Below are positions 35,440 to 39,530 of a stretch of DNA of 39,530 nt, in pieces (positions within the stretch are counted from its first letter, which is position 1; the number at the start of each line of letters is the position of its first letter). The position numbers were made by a program, and so were the translations under genes. Source of the stretch: a virus (taxonomy: Duplodnaviria > Caudoviricetes); the IMG/VR virus record IMGVR_UViG_3300025015_000065, positions 1-39,530 of that record, one strand, 5' to 3'. The notes beneath the pieces are model-generated. The model ran no database searches, had not been told where the DNA came from, and worked only from the letters and a program-made list of their open reading frames with translations.

Positions 35440-36636
35440 TTATAACACAGAAGGAGCCACGGCACAAGGGTCCTCCCAGCCTTTTTCTCTCCACTTCACG
35501 GAAGGACGTATAGCCTTCGTGTCTATTCTACCTTTGTTTTCCACCGTTACGCGTAGCATTTCCTTTACCATGTCGATAGTCAGTCTAGTCGGACGGTGGC
35601 CAAGAGCCTTTAGACCACTGTTCACGGCGTCGTAGTAATGGGATTCCGCCTCCACCCTCGGATTTTCAATGTTTTCTCTCTTAACTTCCATTCCGAGAGC
35701 GGTAGCGGCTTTCTCCACCACCCCTGCGAGAGCCGATACAGAATACGTTTCTGTAAATTGATTAAACACCCTAAACTCTCCAGGATCGGCAGGATTGAGA
35801 GCCGCTATTTCTACACACTTCATGGTGTCGATTATGTTTATAAAACCTCTCGTCTGGCCTCCTCTCCCATACACCGTCAAGGGGTGGCCAACAGCCGCTT
35901 GGTGGATAAACCGGTTCAACACTGTCCCAAAAATGTCGTCATAATACAACATTGTCCCTAAATAAGAGTGTTTTTCAGTCTCGGGGGTACTAAACCCATA
36001 CACCACCCCCTGATTCAAATCAGACACCCTTAGGCCCCACGCCCTACATCCAAATTCTAAATTCGTAGAGTCGTGTATCTTTGACGCATGGTAAAAACTG
36101 CCTGGACTCTTAGGGTATAAAACCCTTGCGGTCTTCCCTCTGTGGGTTATGTTTAACCACCCCTCCTCAATTACTATACCTGGGGTTCCATATTCCCCCA
36201 TGGTCCCCAATTTTATGATGTGAGCCTCCGGACATTCTTCCTTAACCGCGAACATTAAGTTCAGTGTCCCCAAAACGTTGTTCTCCTGAGTGTACACGGC
36301 GGAAGCCGCATTCATCATAGAGAAGGGAGCAGAAGGTTGTTCAGCGTAGTGAACTATTACGTCCGGACGTATGGTATGAAGAATCTTGGACAACCGAGCA
36401 TAGCTTCCTATCAAACTACATTCCCATCCCTCGATTTTCTTTTTCGTCATACTGGTCCATGCCGATATACGGTCCTGAAACCCATGCACGTGTACTAAGG
36501 TATTCCTACCCAAATCAAATAGAAGCCTACGCTTCACGCAACTATCTAGAGCGTGGACTTCATGTCCTCTTATAGAAAAATGAAGGCACGTAGGCCAGCC
36601 AAGATATCCATCGGCTCCGAGGACAAGGATTTTCAT
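35440..36636 (-). CDS. sqdB: UDP-sulfoquinovose synthase homologue (SqdB/SQD1/Agl3 family, extended SDR)
   Basis: MKILVLGADGYLGWPT, HYAEQPSAPFSM, NNVLGTLN, KLGTMGEYGTP, PKSPGSFYHASKIHDS, WGLRVSDLNQGVVYG, YDDIFGTVLNRF, TVYGRGGQTRG, FRVFNQFTE, NPRVEAESHYY. Start ATG 36636 (ATGA overlap). Confidence 0.9.
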   Translation of the reverse strand: MKILVLGADGYLGWPTCLHFSIRGHEVHALDSCVKRRLLFDLGRNTLVHVHGFQDRISAWTSMTKKKIEGWECSLIGSYARLSKILHTIRPDVIVHYAEQPSAPFSMMNAASAVYTQENNVLGTLNLMFAVKEECPEAHIIKLGTMGEYGTPGIVIEEGWLNITHRGKTARVLYPKSPGSFYHASKIHDSTNLEFGCRAWGLRVSDLNQGVVYGFSTPETEKHSYLGTMLYYDDIFGTVLNRFIHQAAVGHPLTVYGRGGQTRGFINIIDTMKCVEIAALNPADPGEFRVFNQFTETYSVSALAGVVEKAATALGMEVKRENIENPRVEAESHYYDAVNSGLKALGHRPTRLTIDMVKEMLRVTVENKGRIDTKAIRPSVKWREKGWEDPCAVAPSVL

Positions 36637-37304
36637 GTGGGGGCTCCAAGAGAAAATGGGACAACGGTTTTCAGATGCGCGATAAGCGCAGGGAATTCTT
36701 CTGTCTTCCATGCCGCGTACCGGGCGCGATCATGAGCGATAGTCGAGACCCCATTTAACTCCCGCTTATACGTGGCGTCTCTCGGTGCGAGCCCTCTGCT
36801 CCAATGTTCATGACGGAGACGAATATCTTTGCGGAATTTCAACCTTCCTAGGGCGGCCCCTATATCCATCCACGCCCGGTCCACCATGGTGTGCATGAAG
36901 CCAAGTGAAAAAGACCCCACGGCGTGGCATAACTTCCCACCTACCAGAAATTGGGTCGCCATTTCACTCAACGTGTCCCAAGGATAAGCTACGTTCCAAT
37001 CTCCGGCCTCTAGAGCCAGTTCCACGTCCCATTTAGGGGTTTCTGGTACCACGTCATCATTCACGATGCTGTAGAACTTAGCGTCGGGGTAAGACCTAAA
37101 ATAGCACTCTTGCCTTCCTCCCGCGTCAATCCGTACGGAAGCTGTTTCAATTTTCCAATTAAGCGGCAATTTAACGCTCGAGTAATCGCCGCCGTCCTCG
37201 CCGTCCACTACTATGAGACCGGGCATGATCATTCCGGTGGCGATGCAACCGTCGAGGAACCTCTGCAGCCTTTCCGGCCTGTTACGCGTAGGTACGAACC
37301 ACAT
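36633..37304 (-). CDS. GT-A (GT2-like) glycosyltransferase
   Basis: VPTRNRPERL...VVDGED...IVNDD.VP.T..WD...H...D...HEH; start ATG 37304 with RBS. Confidence 0.75.
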   Translation of the reverse strand: MWFVPTRNRPERLQRFLDGCIATGMIMPGLIVVDGEDGGDYSSVKLPLNWKIETASVRIDAGGRQECYFRSYPDAKFYSIVNDDVVPETPKWDVELALEAGDWNVAYPWDTLSEMATQFLVGGKLCHAVGSFSLGFMHTMVDRAWMDIGAALGRLKFRKDIRLRHEHWSRGLAPRDATYKRELNGVSTIAHDRARYAAWKTEEFPALIAHLKTVVPFSLGAPT

Positions 37305-37860
37305 CGGAAACCTCTTTCCTCTTCGCCCATACCGAATATGGAAGAACTTGATAATCGACGTCCGGAAATCCACCAAACGCTTTATTAACCGCCTCGTTAA
37401 TCCCAAAGCGGTTATAGTCATGTCCAAGAATCCACCCGCCTATTTTTACTTTTGGGGCCCACAGTCCAATATCTTCTAGGCACCCCTCCGTGGAATGGTC
37501 CGCATCTATGAAAACGAAATCGGCGCTCTCCTCTTCCACCCGGAAGGAGGCCTCCCGAGAAGTCATTTCGAGAACCCTGAACCTCTCGGAAAAGGCCTTT
37601 TCCAGGGTACGCAAACGCTTTCTGTTTCCCTCGTGGTTCATGGCCCTATAAGCTTCCTCCCCGGGAGCCTCTGGCATGTGTCTAAACACGTCTACCCCTA
37701 TCATGTGAAGGTGTGGACATGTGGACATGAGGTGCGACATGTTCTGTCCCCGCCCCAAGCCCACCTCCACCCCTCTGATCCACCCATTCGCTTCTACGCA
37801 GAACTGTATCACTTGCGGGTGGTTGTTGGGAACACGGCCATGAGGGTATAGATGCATCAT
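37282..37860 (-). CDS. class I SAM-dependent methyltransferase (Methyltransf_24-like)
   Basis: GVEVGLGRG, IGVD, DFVFIDADHS, W.PKVKIGGWILGHDY. Confidence 0.85.
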   Translation of the reverse strand: MMHLYPHGRVPNNHPQVIQFCVEANGWIRGVEVGLGRGQNMSHLMSTCPHLHMIGVDVFRHMPEAPGEEAYRAMNHEGNRKRLRTLEKAFSERFRVLEMTSREASFRVEEESADFVFIDADHSTEGCLEDIGLWAPKVKIGGWILGHDYNRFGINEAVNKAFGGFPDVDYQVLPYSVWAKRKEVSDVVRTYA

Positions 37861-38843
37861 TCCTCCTCCCTATAGGGCCAAACAGACTTGATTTCCTCAT
37901 CTAACTCACAATATTCCTTAAGCCATGGCTCAAATATGTTACGATACTGTTTATACTTCATGGCCGCTTCAAAAGGCTTCGGCCTCCCATGAAAATATAC
38001 CATCGAGAGGGGCATATCCGGTGGGGCGTCCTCTCCTCGGAAATGCTTCTTGAAGGAAACCGCCCCCGAGAAAAAATCCTGTATGTAATGGGGTGCGTAC
38101 GGGGTGTGATTGCGTATGAACAACTGGTCACCACGCCCGCCCCCGATGGGGTATTTTCTTATTTGCTCCCCAGGAGGCATCCGTAAAAAGTCATAATATA
38201 TTTCTGACATCCTGCGATCCGGGCCCCATAACATCACACCGGAGCCGGGGTTGTCGGGGAAGTTTACGTCTATCAACATCGCGAACCTACCGGCATACGA
38301 CACCAATGGGTTTAAATCTCCGCACAGTATCGTATCCAAATCCATGTACAACACTCGGCCCCAATCCTCCAACAATTCGGGGCGAAAAAGTTCGAGTTTA
38401 GAATGTTTTGTGGCCCACTCAGGGTGTAGAAGAGGCACCACTTCTATACCAGGGCTAAACATCATCTCGGATTCTTCCGTAAGACAAACGAACCTACCCA
38501 TTCTTGACAGCCACCGTCTACACTGACGGTACAGTAATTCCACCACATTCACTGAAAAATCCTTAGACGGCCTAAGCACGCACGCCACCGTGACGGGCCC
38601 CGTCCATTCCAAACTTATTAGTCCTTGAATTTCGGGCCCTTCCTTTGTGCGAGGTTCGAATCGAGACATTGGAGGATTATTCCTCAATATCGGAAGGGGG
38701 GGAGGGTCTTTCACGATCTCAAGAGCGTCCCTAAAATTCTTATATTGATGAAGGGTTACCTCAATTACTTCCCCCTCTGGAACCCTCCCGCCTCCCGGAA
38801 GGTTCATCTTTCCCCTAACTACGCACCTAATTAAGTCTGCCAC
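37857..38843 (-). CDS. GT-A glycosyltransferase (GT8-like) with an extra N-terminal domain
   Basis: VACVL...FVCLT...W..KLELF...VLYMDLDT (DxD)...SGVMLW...GDQ.FI...VYFHGRPKP. Confidence 0.8.
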   Translation of the reverse strand: MADLIRCVVRGKMNLPGGGRVPEGEVIEVTLHQYKNFRDALEIVKDPPPLPILRNNPPMSRFEPRTKEGPEIQGLISLEWTGPVTVACVLRPSKDFSVNVVELLYRQCRRWLSRMGRFVCLTEESEMMFSPGIEVVPLLHPEWATKHSKLELFRPELLEDWGRVLYMDLDTILCGDLNPLVSYAGRFAMLIDVNFPDNPGSGVMLWGPDRRMSEIYYDFLRMPPGEQIRKYPIGGGRGDQLFIRNHTPYAPHYIQDFFSGAVSFKKHFRGEDAPPDMPLSMVYFHGRPKPFEAAMKYKQYRNIFEPWLKEYCELDEEIKSVWPYREEE

Positions 38844-39444
38844 GACGAAGGGCCTCCTCCATGGAAATTATTGGGAAATAAGGAAGAGCGCTACCCGGTG
38901 TAGCATTGAGGACTTCTATACCCTCGTCGCGCAATTCCGATGCCATCACAGCCATGTTTCTTATGAACCTACTATAATTTTCTTCCTTGACGGGCCTCTT
39001 ATGTGGTTCACACCCATGATCCAAATCGTTCACCTTCCGCATATCAAAACCTATCAGAATTATAGTGCCCGCCCCCTTTAGGAATACGACGTTCATGGCC
39101 ATTTGGCCGCAGTTTAACCCGTAGACGGTGTACCTGTCCCGGCTGAGGCCATCACTTCCCCCATAATTCAAAAACGTGAGATTTTTATGGAAATGATTAG
39201 GGACTACCGTGATGACCTCACCCTCGAAACTTTGAAACTCAGGGCGGCCTTGGTACTCCTTCCACCACAATTTGTCACGGACGCATAAAATCGGGGCCCA
39301 AGGCGTTTTAAACACCATGTTGTTCGTAATCACCACCTTACGTCCACGTAACAAATCTAAATCTATGAGACCATGAGAGGGCCCAGAAGCCAGCACATAT
39401 GCTACGTCATTACGGCCCCAGACCCTCTCAACGGTACGATTCAT
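38827..39444 (-). CDS. Maf/DUF115-like (sialyltransferase-like fold) protein
   Basis: VLASGPS...VITNN...D..WW...NCG..A......GA..IILIGFDM...VLNAT..SAL. Confidence 0.65.
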   Translation of the reverse strand: MNRTVERVWGRNDVAYVLASGPSHGLIDLDLLRGRKVVITNNMVFKTPWAPILCVRDKLWWKEYQGRPEFQSFEGEVITVVPNHFHKNLTFLNYGGSDGLSRDRYTVYGLNCGQMAMNVVFLKGAGTIILIGFDMRKVNDLDHGCEPHKRPVKEENYSRFIRNMAVMASELRDEGIEVLNATPGSALPYFPIISMEEALRRGRLN

Positions 39445-39530
39445 TACATCATCCTGAATACGGCGGGCTTGACGGTCCCTTGAGAGACCATTCTGCCCGT
39501 CGTGTCAAGGATGGCCACTTGTTGGCCATA
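39444..39530 (-). CDS. partial CDS (C-terminus), probable head-tail adaptor
   Basis: Reads ...YGQQVAILDTTGRMVSQGTVKPAVFRMM*; YGQ...LD.TG resembles adaptor C-termini; TAATG-coupled to the next gene. Confidence 0.5.
   Translation of the reverse strand, partial: YGQQVAILDTTGRMVSQGTVKPAVFRMM

Noticed and set aside
35440-39444. Host chromosomal sulfolipid or LPS locus marking a prophage boundary
   Set aside because: The genes are coupled to phage neck genes on both sides, and no sqdX/sqdC/sqdD, integrase or att site is visible

Overview
The window is a gene-dense fragment of a tailed dsDNA phage (siphovirus-type). It has two convergent arms that meet at about 18.44 kb. The + arm (1-18445) holds small early ORFs, a PrimPol-helicase, a UvrD-like helicase, an HNH nuclease, a stand-alone class II RNR C-terminal (TSCPD) domain, an SSB-like protein, a family A DNA polymerase, a nuclease and an SNF2 helicase. 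It also holds a 2-aminoadenine (Z-genome) cassette, purZ-mazZ-datZ, directly preceded by an adenylate-kinase-like NMP kinase. The - arm (18432-39530) holds lysis genes, two related tail-fibre genes, tail-tip proteins, a 2056-aa tape measure, a frameshifted chaperone pair, the tail tube and neck genes. Between the head-tail adaptor and the head-closure gene sits a five-gene sugar cassette: Maf/DUF115-like protein, GT-A glycosyltransferase, SAM methyltransferase, GT2-like glycosyltransferase and a UDP-sulfoquinovose synthase (SqdB) homologue. The main candidates for new biology are virion glycosylation with a sulfosugar, a phage-encoded dZMP kinase, an exact 40-bp sequence shared by mazZ and the antisense strand of the tape measure gene, and structured non-coding segments. 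All family calls come from motifs recognised by eye; no database searches were run.
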